A stretch of DNA of 64,000 nucleotides, from NCBI GenBank assembly GCA_038727705.1, contig JAVYVJ010000002.1:50012-114011 (forward strand), in the 5' to 3' direction. This document shows positions 9,725 through 20,232 of the stretch, in pieces; positions within the stretch are counted from its first letter, which is position 1, and the number at the start of each line of letters is the position of its first letter. The DNA is from Zestosphaera sp. (GTDB lineage: Archaea > Thermoproteota > Thermoprotei_A > Sulfolobales > NBVN01). The position numbers were made by a program, and so were the translations under genes. A model generated the notes under the pieces. It worked only from the letters and a program-made list of their open reading frames with translations. It was not told where the DNA came from and did not search any database.

Positions 9725-10972
9725 CTACTCCCTATAGCCTAAGAAGTTGAGGACCGTCAACGCGTAAACCTTAGCCCCGACGACTAGATCCTCGATCGGT
9801 ATGTGTTCGTTCGCAACATGTGCCTGCGTCATACTTCCGGGACCGTAGAGTATGGTGGGTGCTACCTTGTTGAAGAATCTCATATCAGTGAATCCGGGAA
9901 GGCCTGTCACGATCGCTTCCCTGCCCAAGACCGTCTTGACCGCGTTCCTCACAATCTTGACCACCTCCTCATCCTCGCGGGTGTAGGCAGGCATAGCGGC
10001 CTCAAGCACTTTGACCTCTACCTTCAGTTCGGGATCCCCAGCCATTAACTCCTCAACTAGTCTAACCACCTCATCCCTGGCCTGATCCACGCTCTCCTCA
10101 GGTACTAGACGCCTGTCCACGGTCACGGTGCACCTGTCCGGAACCACGTTTATCTTCACACCACCGCGGATGAGACCCCCGATCATCACCGTAGGCGCCT
10201 TGGATTCGTCGGGCATAGGGGCTTTAGTCCTCCTCTTAGAGAGCTCGGCCTTAAGCCTGTCGAATGCCGCGATCACTTTAGCCATCTTCTCAACTGCGTT
10301 CACCCCCTTGTGCGGGAGGCTGGCATGGGCGGCCTTACCTAAAGTCGTTAGTTCAAGCCACAGAGCCCCCTTATGAGCCACAGCCACCTTATCCACCTCC
10401 GTAGGCTCCCCTACGATGCAGGCGTCACTCCTGACCAACCCCTTCTCAACCACGTACTCAGCACCTGCATGACCGCCTGTCTCCTCGTCAGGCGTCGCCA
10501 CATAGATTACGTCACCACCCAGCTTAACACCGGCCTCCCTCAACGCCTTGACCGCTATGAGCATCGCGGCGTTGGCGCCCTTCATGTCAGCAGCGCCCCT
10601 GCCGTAGATTCTCCCCTCCCTAATCACGCCGCTGAAGGGCTCCACACTCCATCCGCTGCCGGGCGGAACGACGTCGTAGTGGCCGTTGTAGCACAGAGCA
10701 CGACCGTAGTCAGCGCCCTTCAAGACACCGATCACGTTAACCCGCGGTAGCTCAAGCCCATAAGCCTTCAGCACCTCCTCAGGAACCCTCACACTCTCCA
10801 CAGTGAAGCCCGAGTCTGAGAGTTTCCTGATCATGAGGTCCGCCATCTCCTCGTAACGCTCACCGGGAGGGTTCACAGTGGGTACCTGGATGAACTCCCT
10901 CGTCAGCTCGACAAGCTCTGAACGCATGTCATCGATAACCTTTAAAACCTCCTCCCACATAATACCACACAT
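9725..10972 (-). CDS. M20 metallopeptidase (ArgE/DapE family)
   Basis: NGHYDVVP, GRGAADMKG, DEETGG, VGEPT, GKAAHAS, AHVANE. Confidence 0.9.
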   Translation of the reverse strand: MCGIMWEEVLKVIDDMRSELVELTREFIQVPTVNPPGERYEEMADLMIRKLSDSGFTVESVRVPEEVLKAYGLELPRVNVIGVLKGADYGRALCYNGHYDVVPPGSGWSVEPFSGVIREGRIYGRGAADMKGANAAMLIAVKALREAGVKLGGDVIYVATPDEETGGHAGAEYVVEKGLVRSDACIVGEPTEVDKVAVAHKGALWLELTTLGKAAHASLPHKGVNAVEKMAKVIAAFDRLKAELSKRRTKAPMPDESKAPTVMIGGLIRGGVKINVVPDRCTVTVDRRLVPEESVDQARDEVVRLVEELMAGDPELKVEVKVLEAAMPAYTREDEEVVKIVRNAVKTVLGREAIVTGLPGFTDMRFFNKVAPTILYGPGSMTQAHVANEHIPIEDLVVGAKVYALTVLNFLGYRE

Positions 10973-11101
10973 GATTTCTGCGGCGTGGAGTTAAAAATAT
11001 AATACACTTCAAAACACTTAGGGCCCGCAAACCCCGAGAGTCTCAGAGTTTCATGTAATCAACTTATAACGTTATTACCGCATATAGTCTGGGGTTAGGT
11101 A

Positions 11102-11677
11102 GTGAGGCTGAAGGACATCAGCAGGTTGAAGGTAGTGCCTGGCGACGAGATATGTGTGGTCGAGGAGTTCCTGCCGGGTGACGGGGCCTACGAGGATAAC
11201 GGCAGAGTTAAAGCCACAGTAACCGGTTACCCGAGCATCAACCTCGATCTGAGGGTCGTTGAGGTCAAGCCGCTGAGCGGTAGGACCCGCCTGCCGTCGC
11301 CGGGAAACCTCATATACGGGTTCGTCTTCTCGGTCAGGGATGAGTACGCGTTAGTGAGGATCTACAGTGATGTTAAGTGTTTCAAGTACCTCACAACCCT
11401 CACAGGGATCCTACATGCCTCTCAAGCGTCGGACAAGTACGTGAAGAGCGTCTACAGTGCGGTGAAGCCGGGGGACGTGATAAAGGCTAAGGTGCTCTCG
11501 GAGGCCCCGCCCTACCACCTAACAATCAAGGAGCATCAGCTGGGGGTCGTGACCGCGTACTGCAGCGTGTGTGGCGCCAAGCTGATCAAGCAGGGCAATA
11601 CTCTGGCATGCCCTTCATGCGGGTCCACTGAGGGGCGGAAGACGTCACTCGAGTACGGGATCCTTAAGTGTCCCTGA
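11102..11677 (+). CDS. csl4: Exosome complex component Csl4
   Basis: N-terminal VVPGD..EEFLPG, S1 domain, C-terminal CSVCG...CPSCG Zn ribbon; located upstream of rpoL. Confidence 0.88.
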   Translation: MRLKDISRLKVVPGDEICVVEEFLPGDGAYEDNGRVKATVTGYPSINLDLRVVEVKPLSGRTRLPSPGNLIYGFVFSVRDEYALVRIYSDVKCFKYLTTLTGILHASQASDKYVKSVYSAVKPGDVIKAKVLSEAPPYHLTIKEHQLGVVTAYCSVCGAKLIKQGNTLACPSCGSTEGRKTSLEYGILKCP

Positions 11678-11740
11678 CCACAGGCTCGGACGAGTTCACT
11701 AAGCACATAACATCAAGGCACCCGCCCGGAGGTCCTCACA

Positions 11741-12352
11741 GTGCGCTCAAACCCTGTTAGGCTCTCTCTACCCTGCTCATCTCAAGAGGAGTGTCTGGAG
11801 GTGGCTGAAGCACTGACAGGGATTAAGGGAGTGAAGGCCCCCCTAATAAAGCAGAGGGTAAGGAAGAACTCGGTGGAGATAATGATAGTGGGCAGCCCTA
11901 CCGAGGTCGCGCAGACTAAGAGGTTAATTATAAAGACGTACGGTGAGGTTAGGAGGAAGCTAGCCCCTCAGGTAATCGGGGGCGTGATGATGTCTGAAGT
12001 GATTAAGGAGGTAGGGAAGCCCCTCATGTCTCAAGCCTTGGTGGAGGTGCTGAGGCTGAGGGGCATTGACGTCGAGTTCAACGGAGGTGTCATTAGAGGG
12101 AGGTTCAGCTGGAGCGACCTACTCACTACCGCGAAAACCCTTGCGGACCTTCTGCTCCAACTCAACGCAAAGTACCCCAAAACACCGCAGTCTGTTAAGT
12201 GCTTGGTCACCGCATACGCAATGCTCAAGGGAGCGAGTGTGGAGGAGTCTGTGGAGGATCTGAAGCAACTTAACTACCTAATCGAAACCGATGAAGGCCT
12301 GCGGACCAACGGCGAGTGGAGGGCTCTGCTCAGGAGGTGTCTGACCCGCTGA
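11741..12352 (+). CDS. Conserved crenarchaeal protein (DUF2067-like)
   Basis: 203-aa ORF between csl4 and rpoL, the position DUF2067 occupies in Thermoprotei. Call rests mainly on synteny. Confidence 0.6.
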   Translation: MRSNPVRLSLPCSSQEECLEVAEALTGIKGVKAPLIKQRVRKNSVEIMIVGSPTEVAQTKRLIIKTYGEVRRKLAPQVIGGVMMSEVIKEVGKPLMSQALVEVLRLRGIDVEFNGGVIRGRFSWSDLLTTAKTLADLLLQLNAKYPKTPQSVKCLVTAYAMLKGASVEESVEDLKQLNYLIETDEGLRTNGEWRALLRRCLTR

Positions 12353-12426
12353 GGGCTAACTTCACCTAGAACTGAGAAATATAAATCACTGAGTAGCGTT
12401 TAATGGTTGGAGGAGGACGGTGCAGG

Positions 12427-12711
12427 ATGAATATAAGAGTCCGTAAGTACACGGACAGAGAACTCGTCTTGGCGATAGAGGGTGAGGACCACACCCTAGC
12501 AAACCTGCTCGCTAAGTCCGCCCTAAGCAACCCGCATACTAAACTGGCCACATACGTGGTCGAGCACCCGCTGGTCGGGACGCCCATCCTGAGGATAGTG
12601 ACGGACGGTACTGATCCCGTTCAGGTCCTTAAGGAGGTTGTGGCCAGCGCTAGGGATGAGGCGAAGCAAGTGCTTAAACTGATCGTCGACACTCTAGGGG
12701 TCAGTGAGTGA
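12427..12711 (+). CDS. rpoL: RNA polymerase subunit L (Rpo11)
   Basis: IEGEDHTLANLL and YVVEHPL motifs. Confidence 0.93.
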   Translation: MNIRVRKYTDRELVLAIEGEDHTLANLLAKSALSNPHTKLATYVVEHPLVGTPILRIVTDGTDPVQVLKEVVASARDEAKQVLKLIVDTLGVSE

Positions 12712-12882
12712 TGGTTGACGCTGATGGGGATGTTTCAGGAGGACTGTTTTCTCTTCGTTGCTCCGTTCCCGCAGGCGGGGCTGGGGAGGAGGTCGTTGAG
12801 AGGTAGGCTATGTGGAGGTTAAACACAAAAACACGGGAGACGGTGAAATACCGCTCGCCGAGAAACGATTCTCTAGCCTTCG

Positions 12883-13179
12883 GTGCTCTTTTTGAAGAAG
12901 GAGATCAGGGTAATGGTTTACGAGACGTTCAGATGCCCTGAGGGCAACGAGTACACGGCCTACGTGATTTTAAGGGGCACCCTATCCGTGGAGCATGTGG
13001 GCTTCATAGACGGGGGTCAGCGGGCTCTTGATGAGTTCCTCGCCGGGCCGGGGTTAGGCAGGGGGGTCAGGCTCAGAGTACGTCTCGACGCGATTAGTCA
13101 GGCGGACGTCGAGGGGTTGAGAGTCTACGAGGACTTCATCAAACGCTTCTTCGCTGAGGTATATAAGCTACTGTGCTGA
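12883..13179 (+). CDS. Hypothetical protein
   Basis: 98-aa ORF co-oriented between rpoL and tfs, host-like codon usage; real start may be the ATG at 12913. Confidence 0.55.
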   Translation: MLFLKKEIRVMVYETFRCPEGNEYTAYVILRGTLSVEHVGFIDGGQRALDEFLAGPGLGRGVRLRVRLDAISQADVEGLRVYEDFIKRFFAEVYKLLC

Positions 13180-13204
13180 ATAATCCTCATAGCGAGGTGA
13201 TGCC

Positions 13205-13549
13205 ATGACGTACTTCTGTCCTAAATGCGGGTCCCTGATGACCGCCAGGAGGGAGGGAGACAAGGCTGTGCTGGTCTGCCCTCGATGCGGCTACAGGAAG
13301 GAGCCTCAGCAAGGGAAGGCGTTGCCAACCATCTCTAAGAAGATAACCCACAGTGAGAAGGAGAAGCTCTACGTAATATCCCCCGACGATTCGTACAGGA
13401 CGCTTCCTAAGGTTAGGAACGTCAAGTGCCCTAGATGCGGAAACGATGAAGCCTACTACACAGTCCTCCAGACGAGGAAGGCCGACGAACCGCCGACGAG
13501 ATTCTATAAATGCGTTAAGTGCGGACATACGTGGAGGGAATATGAGTAA
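13205..13549 (+). CDS. tfs: Transcription factor S (TFS)
   Basis: Two Zn ribbons; C-terminal QTRKADEPPTRFYKCVKCGHTWRE with the catalytic DE dyad. Confidence 0.93.
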   Translation: MTYFCPKCGSLMTARREGDKAVLVCPRCGYRKEPQQGKALPTISKKITHSEKEKLYVISPDDSYRTLPKVRNVKCPRCGNDEAYYTVLQTRKADEPPTRFYKCVKCGHTWREYE

Positions 13550-13595
13550 CCCGTAGTTCAAGTCTCTGCCCTCAAGGTCGAGGCTTAATAATCGG

Positions 13596-14273
13596 GTGGT
13601 CTACGAATTGCATTCAAACAAGTGCACGTCTAAGAAGGAGTTGGAGATTCTGCTCTCGAAAGTCCCGGACTTCAGGAACCCTAAAGAGGGTCTCGAGCAG
13701 TACGTGACTCCGGCCGACATAGCCGCGGAGCTCGCTTGGGACGCGTTCATGCGGGACGACTTGGAAGGCAGGGTCGTCCACGATATGGGGTGTGGGACTG
13801 GGAGGCTTGCTCTAGCTGCCTCCATGCTTAACGCGAAGTACGTCGTGTGTAGCGACGTGGATCTCGACGCTCTTGAGATCGCTAGGGAGGTCCTAACCAC
13901 CATGTCATCAACCCTCCACGACGTCGTGCTGGCCGACCTGAGGGAGGCGCCACCCTTCCGAGCCAGCGACTGCGTTGTAATGATGAACCCCCCGTTCGGA
14001 GTCAAGTCCAGGAAGGCTGACACCGACTTCCTTACCGCGTCTCTCAAGGTTTGTGGTACTACTTACTCGCTACATAAGCTCAGCGAGGGCCTGAAGGACG
14101 CCCTGAAGAGGCTCTCCACCACTCTGGGCTTCAACTACGAGGTGCTTAAGACATTCAAATTCCCGCTCAGGGCTTCCCTACCCAAGCACCGGAGGAAGGT
14201 TCTGCAGGTGGACTCCGTAATGATCAGATCCGTTAAGGGTAGCAACACATTTAAGGATGCAGAGCGGGAGTAG
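13596..14273 (+). CDS. METTL5-family N6-adenine (RNA) methyltransferase
   Basis: LEQYVTP, DMGCGTGRL motif I, NPPFG motif IV. Confidence 0.85.
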   Translation: MVYELHSNKCTSKKELEILLSKVPDFRNPKEGLEQYVTPADIAAELAWDAFMRDDLEGRVVHDMGCGTGRLALAASMLNAKYVVCSDVDLDALEIAREVLTTMSSTLHDVVLADLREAPPFRASDCVVMMNPPFGVKSRKADTDFLTASLKVCGTTYSLHKLSEGLKDALKRLSTTLGFNYEVLKTFKFPLRASLPKHRRKVLQVDSVMIRSVKGSNTFKDAERE

Positions 14274-14445
14274 TCTTGGATGATGTGTTTGCCGAGTGCT
14301 GAGACGTGATGTAGGGACGTAGAGACTGACAACAACCGGGCTTCACTGCCTATTACGAGCAGAGGGGCTCGACCCCCCTACCTTGAAAAGTATTTAAGCA
14401 CTCACCGCCAAATCATTTAGGATCGCAGTAGGTTAGGTGAAGCTA

Positions 14446-15465
14446 ATGGCTAGGAGGAAGTGGAGTGCTCCACGTAGAGGGTCGCTGGGTGTAAGGCCTA
14501 GGAAGAGGGCCGCCGAGTTCGTGCCTTCTGTTCGGAGCTGGCCTGAAGTAGGGTTTGAGACGCCTAAGCCCCTGGCTTTCTTGGGCTATAAGGTAGGTAT
14601 GACTCACGTAATCATGGTCGACGACCGTGAAGGAAGGCCGACGCACGGGCAGGAGATATTCGTCCCTGTGACGGTCATCGAAACACCGCCAATGATCCCT
14701 CTGGCAGCAAGGTTCTACGAAGCTACTTTAAGCGGCTTGAGAACGCTCACCGAGGTATGGAAGACGCCTCCGGAGGATCTGGAGATCCACAGGAGGGTCA
14801 AGACACTCTCAGTATCGACAGACGCCTTTGAAAGGGCTGTTAGGCGGCTTGAGGAAATGAGGGATAGGGTCGCTAGAATCTCTTTGATAATGTCATCGCA
14901 ACCTAAGCTGACTGGGGGCCTGAGTAAGAAGGTGCCTGACGTGATTGAGGTTAGGCTGGGCGGTGGTGACCTGGAGACTCAGCTGAGTTACGCGCTGGAG
15001 TTGCTCGGTAGGCCTGTGAGGATAGCGGACGTATTTAATGCAGGGCAGTTCATAGACGTCATAGGAGTTACTAAGGGGAAGGGCTTCCAGGGGGTCGTCA
15101 AGAGGTTCGGCGTCAGGGAGCTTCCCAAGTGGCACAAACACAGAAAGGGGTACAGGAGGATAGGCGCCAGGAGCCCCGCCTACGGGACCGTGAGCACGGT
15201 CCCTCAGCCAGGCCAGATGGGCTTCCACAGGAGGACGGAGTACAATAAGAGGATCCTGATGATCGGTGAGGACGGGAGTAAAGTAACGCCCGTCAGTGGC
15301 TTCCCACACTACGGCCTCGTTAAAACGGACTACGTCGTTGTGGCGGGCTCCGTGCAGGGAACCCCCAGAAGACCTCTGATCCTCAGATGGCCTGTGAGAC
15401 CGCCCAAGTGGGCGCCTGGGAAAGCGCCGAAGGTAGTCTATATAAGTCTCGACAGTAAGATTTAG
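14446..15465 (+). CDS. rpl3: 50S ribosomal protein L3
   Basis: PRRGSLGVRPRKR, GYKVGMTH, GVTKGKGFQGVVKRFG, PGQMGFHRRTEYNKR. Confidence 0.97.
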   Translation: MARRKWSAPRRGSLGVRPRKRAAEFVPSVRSWPEVGFETPKPLAFLGYKVGMTHVIMVDDREGRPTHGQEIFVPVTVIETPPMIPLAARFYEATLSGLRTLTEVWKTPPEDLEIHRRVKTLSVSTDAFERAVRRLEEMRDRVARISLIMSSQPKLTGGLSKKVPDVIEVRLGGGDLETQLSYALELLGRPVRIADVFNAGQFIDVIGVTKGKGFQGVVKRFGVRELPKWHKHRKGYRRIGARSPAYGTVSTVPQPGQMGFHRRTEYNKRILMIGEDGSKVTPVSGFPHYGLVKTDYVVVAGSVQGTPRRPLILRWPVRPPKWAPGKAPKVVYISLDSKI

Positions 15466-15481
15466 AGCTAGGTGATGGATT

Positions 15482-16291
15482 GTGGCAGACAGGATAGTGG
15501 TATTTGAGGCGGTGGAGAGGAAGGTTCCGGTACTCAGCGCTGGCGGTGAGGTGATCGGTGAGTTGACTCTTCCCCCCATTTTCTCACTCCCGATCAGGAA
15601 GGACTTAATAAGGAGGGCTTTCCTAGCGGCCTTTACAGCCAGGCTCCAGCCTAAGGGGAGGGACCCCCTAGCAGGGAAGAGGAGAGTTGGTGAGTCGTGG
15701 GGGATAGGCCACAGCTCCGCCAGAGTTCCAAGGCTCGATAACGGGCGTGCTGTGATAGCCCCGATGACTAGAGGGGGTAGGCCAGCCCACCCACCTAAGG
15801 TCGAGAAGATCCTTAGGGAGGATATCAACAGGAAGGAGAAGTTGAGGGCACTGGCGTCAGCCATAGCGGCGACCAGCGTACCGCAATTAGTTAGGCAGAG
15901 GGGACACGTCTTCGGCAGGGAGGTCCTCCCAGTCATTGTTGAGGACAGCGCGCTCAAAGTCTCCAAGACTGGTGAAGCAAGGAAGGTGCTAGCGAGCATA
16001 GGCGTTATAGCGGACGTCATGAGAGCCGGTGAGAGAACCAGAATCAGAGCCGGTAAGGGCAAGATGAGGGGCAGGGGGTACGTGACACCCAGGTCCGTCC
16101 TCATTGTAACGCACGAGGATGACGTGAGCACCTACAGGGCCTTCAGGAACTTGCCCGGCGTTGACGTAGTTTCAGTTAAGATGCTGAGCGTACTCCACCT
16201 GGCTCCGGGAGGGAGTCCTGGGAGGCTGACTGTATATACTAAGTCAGCCGTTGACGAGCTTAAGAAGAGGTTCGAGGTGATTACGGTATGA
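15482..16291 (+). CDS. rpl4: 50S ribosomal protein L4
   Basis: [45 protein letters not shown]. Confidence 0.96.
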   Translation: MADRIVVFEAVERKVPVLSAGGEVIGELTLPPIFSLPIRKDLIRRAFLAAFTARLQPKGRDPLAGKRRVGESWGIGHSSARVPRLDNGRAVIAPMTRGGRPAHPPKVEKILREDINRKEKLRALASAIAATSVPQLVRQRGHVFGREVLPVIVEDSALKVSKTGEARKVLASIGVIADVMRAGERTRIRAGKGKMRGRGYVTPRSVLIVTHEDDVSTYRAFRNLPGVDVVSVKMLSVLHLAPGGSPGRLTVYTKSAVDELKKRFEVITV

Positions 16292-16545
16292 GCATCCCCA
16301 TCATAAAGAGGGCGCTGGCAACTGAGAAAGCGCTCACATTAGTTGAGAGGGAAAACACTCTGGTTTTCATAGTGGAGCTGAAGGCAACTAAACACCAGAT
16401 CCGTGAGGCTATTGAGAAGCTGTTCAGCGTTAAGGTCGAGGAAGTGCGTACAGCCATAACTATGGAGGGGGAGAAGAAAGCATACGTTAAGCTCAAGCCG
16501 GAGTATAAGGCGAGCGAAGTAGCTACTAAGTTAGGACTTATTTAA
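16288..16545 (+). CDS. rpl23: 50S ribosomal protein L23
   Basis: [23 protein letters not shown]. Confidence 0.96.
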   Translation: MSIPIIKRALATEKALTLVERENTLVFIVELKATKHQIREAIEKLFSVKVEEVRTAITMEGEKKAYVKLKPEYKASEVATKLGLI

Positions 16546-16557
16546 GTGGTGGTGTGA

Positions 16558-17274
16558 GTGGGTAAGAAGACTCTTCAGCAGAGGGCTGGCCGCGGAGGGC
16601 AGAACTTCAGGAGCCCTGCACACACTAGAGTCGCTGAAGCTAAGTACCCTCCGCCCTCCGACGTGACTTACAGAGGAGTAGTCACTGAACTAGTGCATGA
16701 CCCTGGGAGGTGGGTCCCCCTAGCTCGAGTGAGGCTGGAGGGCGGCGGTGAGTACTACATACCCGCTTCGGAAGGCATGTATGTAGGGCAGGAGGTATTC
16801 ATAGGTCCTGATGCCCCGGCAAGCCTGGGTTGCACCCTACCGCTGGGGAAGATACCTGAGGGGTCGAAGGTCTACAACGTAGAGCTCAGGCCCGGCGACG
16901 GCGGCAAGCTAGCGAGGCAGGCGGGGAGTTATGCAATAGTCCTTGGAAAATCCGGTGCCTACACTATACTCCTCCTTCCTAGCAAGAGGCAGAAGAGCGT
17001 GCTCAGCACAGCGAGAGCAACTGTAGGAGTTACTGCGGGTGCGGGAAGACCTGAGAAACCTCTGCTTAAGGCTGGCGCTTCCTACCATAAGTGGAAGGTG
17101 AAGGCACGCAAGTGGCCTAAAGTGAGGGGAGTTGCCATGAATGCAGTCAGCCACAAGTTCGGCGGAGGCCACCACCAGAGGAAGTCTCACCCGTCCACTG
17201 TGTCCAGGAACGCACCGCCCGGCAGGAAGGTCGGGCACATTGCAGCCAGGAGGACAGGCCTCAGAAAGAGGTAG
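16558..17274 (+). CDS. rpl2: 50S ribosomal protein L2
   Basis: MGKKTLQQRAGRG, HDPGRWVPLA, NVELRPGDGGKLARQAG, WPKVRGVAMN, PPGRKVGHIAARRTG. Confidence 0.97.
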   Translation: MGKKTLQQRAGRGGQNFRSPAHTRVAEAKYPPPSDVTYRGVVTELVHDPGRWVPLARVRLEGGGEYYIPASEGMYVGQEVFIGPDAPASLGCTLPLGKIPEGSKVYNVELRPGDGGKLARQAGSYAIVLGKSGAYTILLLPSKRQKSVLSTARATVGVTAGAGRPEKPLLKAGASYHKWKVKARKWPKVRGVAMNAVSHKFGGGHHQRKSHPSTVSRNAPPGRKVGHIAARRTGLRKR

Positions 17275-17699
17275 CCCTCCAACCCATCTCCAGCCAGGAC
17301 GTTTGTCCTCCCTGAATCCCTTCCTATAGGCCACTGCAGATCCCAGAAACCCGAGGTCGCTCAAAACCTGGGAAAGATCTACGATATTTGCTGGTTGTGT
17401 TGTTTCTGGTTCTTTTGGATACCTGGACTACCTCTAGTGATTTCGGCTCTAGACCTAGGTATCTTGTTACGGACATGCATGCTGATGCTGTCTGTCTGAA
17501 TCAAGCTTTGTATATCTTGGCAACATTAGAGATTACTCGGAGTCTGTGAGCTGGTGAGCCGTTGGCGAGGGGCGGAGCTCTGTGAACCACTCCCCGCCGA
17601 AGGCTCTGTAGCCGCAGGTGGGGGACAGTGCCAGAGGAACCGAAGTAACCGAAGTACCCAGAATATTTCAGCCAATGGATACGGGCAACCACTGAAACA

Positions 17700-18398
17700 T
17701 TACTGAATTTGATTGACGCAGTATCTCTGAAGGATCCCCTTAACTATGCTTGAGGTGGACATGAGGGGGCCTTCAACCCTTTTCCTCAACCTCTCCACTG
17801 TAAACTTAAGGCCTAACTCCTCCCCCCTCTTGATGAGGGTCGTTTCGTCAACCGGCTGATCCGCTCCCAGCAGAATCACGTCCGGCTTAATGATAGTCAC
17901 GGGCTTCATAAAGTCCTCCTCATCCCCCAGTAAGGCGCTGTAGACGTGCTTGACGGAGGAGACTAGCTCGAGCCTGGACCTCTCGTCGAACAGCGGATCC
18001 CTCCCCTTAACCCTCCTGACGACCGAGTCCCTGGCGACCACGGCGAACACCAGACCCCTCCCAGACGCTTCACGCATGTAGTGGAGGTGTCCTGGATGGA
18101 GTATGTCGAAAGTGCCGCCGATCAGCACTCTGGATGGGCGGCTCCTGGTCCACTCAACCTCAACGCTTCCTAACATCCTCAACGCGTCTATCAGGCCCTC
18201 ACTGTATGCAATGCAGGAAAGTGAGGTCACGTAGTCGCCGACGCTGAAGTAGTGCTTAGCGTCCTTCAGGTACAGGCCAGCTAGACCGACGATCTCACCG
18301 ACCTCTCTGCCGCCGGACTTGAGGACCAGCCTCTTCAGAGCATTCTCAACCATGTCTATGTAAGCCCTGACCCTGGCCGCGAGCTCCTCTGATGCCAT
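17700..18398 (-). CDS. DUF357-like domain fused to a cytidylyltransferase-family (archaeal FAD synthetase RibL-like) domain
   Basis: N-terminal helical ...YLKDAKHYF..GDYVTSLSCIAYSEGLIDALR domain, then GGTFDILHPGH (HxGH) and VARDS. Start placed at the ATG at 18398. Confidence 0.8.
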   Translation of the reverse strand: MASEELAARVRAYIDMVENALKRLVLKSGGREVGEIVGLAGLYLKDAKHYFSVGDYVTSLSCIAYSEGLIDALRMLGSVEVEWTRSRPSRVLIGGTFDILHPGHLHYMREASGRGLVFAVVARDSVVRRVKGRDPLFDERSRLELVSSVKHVYSALLGDEEDFMKPVTIIKPDVILLGADQPVDETTLIKRGEELGLKFTVERLRKRVEGPLMSTSSIVKGILQRYCVNQIQ

Positions 18399-18514
18399 CT
18401 TACCAGGCCCCGGAGAATTAACTAAGCCCAACGGTATTTAAAACAGCCAGCCCCTAAGGGGTGCTGAGTAACTTCTTAATTAATCCTGCGAGGGAGATAC
18501 ATTTGGTGGTTTAA

Positions 18515-19285
18515 GTGGTTACGGAACTGCTCTTCCAGAGGGACAGCTACTTAAGGAGGTTTGAAGCCACCGTCATCGAAGTAACGCGTGAGGGCGTAGT
18601 CCTCGACAGGACGGCATTCCACCCGACCTCCGGCGGCGTGGCTAACGACACGGGCTGGCTGTACTCGAGTCAGAGAAGGTACGAGGTCAGGGACGTGGTG
18701 GTGGACAAGAGCTCGGGGGAGGTCATACACATCTTAGACACTACTGAAGGCCTGAGCCCCGGAACCTCCGTCACCGGTGAGATCAACTGGGAGAGGAGGT
18801 ACAGATTGATGAGACTCCACACAGCGGCGCACATACTCTCCGCGGTGATGTACAGTGACTACGGATCTCTAGTTACGGGAGGGGACGTCGAGCCGGATAA
18901 GGCGAAGGAGGACTACGACATACAGGGTGATGAGAGGGAGATCTTCAGCACTGCCGCGGGGAAGGTCAACGAGATAATCAAGCGGGGGGTGGAGGTCAAG
19001 ATATACTGGCTCAGCAGGGATGAGGCCATGAGGATTCCCGGCATCGTCAAACTAGCTGCCAGAACACCCCCAGAAGTCAAAAACCTCAGGATAGTTGAGA
19101 TTGAAGGAGTAGACATACAGGCAGACGGAGGGCCGCACGTCAGGAACACCGCGGAGATAGGGAGGTTCGTGCTTCTGAAAACAGAGAACAAGGGTAAGAG
19201 GAGGAAGAGGATATACTACACGGTTGAGCCCGGTTGGTACTATCTCAGTGAAACGACCCATACAATCAACGATTTGCGTGCTTAA
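18515..19285 (+). CDS. alaX: Alanyl-tRNA editing protein AlaX (AlaX-M type)
   Basis: LDRTAFHPTSGG..NDTG, MRLHTAAHIL (HxxxH), QADGGPHV. Confidence 0.9.
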   Translation: MVTELLFQRDSYLRRFEATVIEVTREGVVLDRTAFHPTSGGVANDTGWLYSSQRRYEVRDVVVDKSSGEVIHILDTTEGLSPGTSVTGEINWERRYRLMRLHTAAHILSAVMYSDYGSLVTGGDVEPDKAKEDYDIQGDEREIFSTAAGKVNEIIKRGVEVKIYWLSRDEAMRIPGIVKLAARTPPEVKNLRIVEIEGVDIQADGGPHVRNTAEIGRFVLLKTENKGKRRKRIYYTVEPGWYYLSETTHTINDLRA

Positions 19286-19446
19286 ACTAATCAAGACTGT
19301 TTGATTTTAACACCTCTTCATGAAATTTGTGCTAACAGTTATAATTTATAATATACATAAAACCTATAGTAATTCAAAAGTTAAAGTCATTATTGCTAGT
19401 GAAAAACTTAAATACCTTAATATCATTATATTATATGGTGAAATAA

Positions 19447-20148
19447 ATGCCTGGATTGATACCCTTGATAGGCGAACCCTTCCCTAAAATTGAGGTAGTT
19501 ACCAACTACGGTAAGAAGGTTCTTCCTGACGAGTATAAGGGCAAGTGGTTCATCCTCTTCAGTCATCCAGCAGACTTTACGCCAGTGTGCACAACCGAGT
19601 TCGTGGCGTTTACAGTCAGGTATGAGGACTTCAGGAGGCTCAATACGGAGTTAATAGGTCTGAGCATAGACAGCAACTACAGTCACATTAAGTGGGTTGA
19701 GTGGATTAAGGAGAAGCTGGGTTATGAAGTGCCGTTCCCTATAATAGCTGACCCGAGGGGCCAGGTGGCTGAGAAGCTCGGGCTACTTCATGCGCAGTCG
19801 TCGACGGCGACTGTGAGGGCTGTGTTCATAGTGGATCCGGAGGGGATCATAAGGGTAATCCTCTACTACCCGCTGGAGCTAGGCAGAAACATGGACGAGA
19901 TACTCAGGATAGTTAAAGCGTTGCAGGTCCACACTCAGAACCGTGTTGCAATGCCCGCCAACTGGCCTAACAACGAACTCATAGGTGAGAAGGCGATAGT
20001 GCCGCCGCCATCCACCATGGTCGACATACCTGAGAGGCTCAAGAAGTACAGTTGCTTCGACTGGTGGTTCTGCTATAAGGAAGTGCCTCACGAGGATGCC
20101 AGCGAGGCAAGGTCCTTCCTAAGGAGGGTTGCCGAGGAAAAGAGGTAA
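19447..20148 (+). CDS. Peroxiredoxin (archaeal Prx6/TPx type)
   Basis: [13 protein letters not shown] peroxidatic motif and C-terminal CFDWWFC. Confidence 0.93.
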   Translation: MPGLIPLIGEPFPKIEVVTNYGKKVLPDEYKGKWFILFSHPADFTPVCTTEFVAFTVRYEDFRRLNTELIGLSIDSNYSHIKWVEWIKEKLGYEVPFPIIADPRGQVAEKLGLLHAQSSTATVRAVFIVDPEGIIRVILYYPLELGRNMDEILRIVKALQVHTQNRVAMPANWPNNELIGEKAIVPPPSTMVDIPERLKKYSCFDWWFCYKEVPHEDASEARSFLRRVAEEKR

Positions 20149-20232
20149 ATTAAAGCAACATCGCTGCAAACCCTCGACCTTAAATTTTTCCAAATATAAG
20201 AGAAGCTCATAATTTAAGATTAGGTGTGATTC

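Noticed and set aside
12712-12882. Possible small frameshifted gene between rpoL and the 12883 ORF
   Set aside because: All three frames are interrupted and no family was recognised.
14893-16131. 412-aa ORF on the minus strand
   Set aside because: Antisense shadow of rpl3/rpl4; S/L/T/P-rich with no motifs. The same applies to most short overlapping ORFs in the track.
17275-17700. Ribosomal operon ends after rpl2 (no rps19); 63-aa ORF at 17501-17692
   Set aside because: Splitting of the S10-like cluster is known in Thermoprotei. The small ORF has no recognisable features, and no C/D box layout was found.
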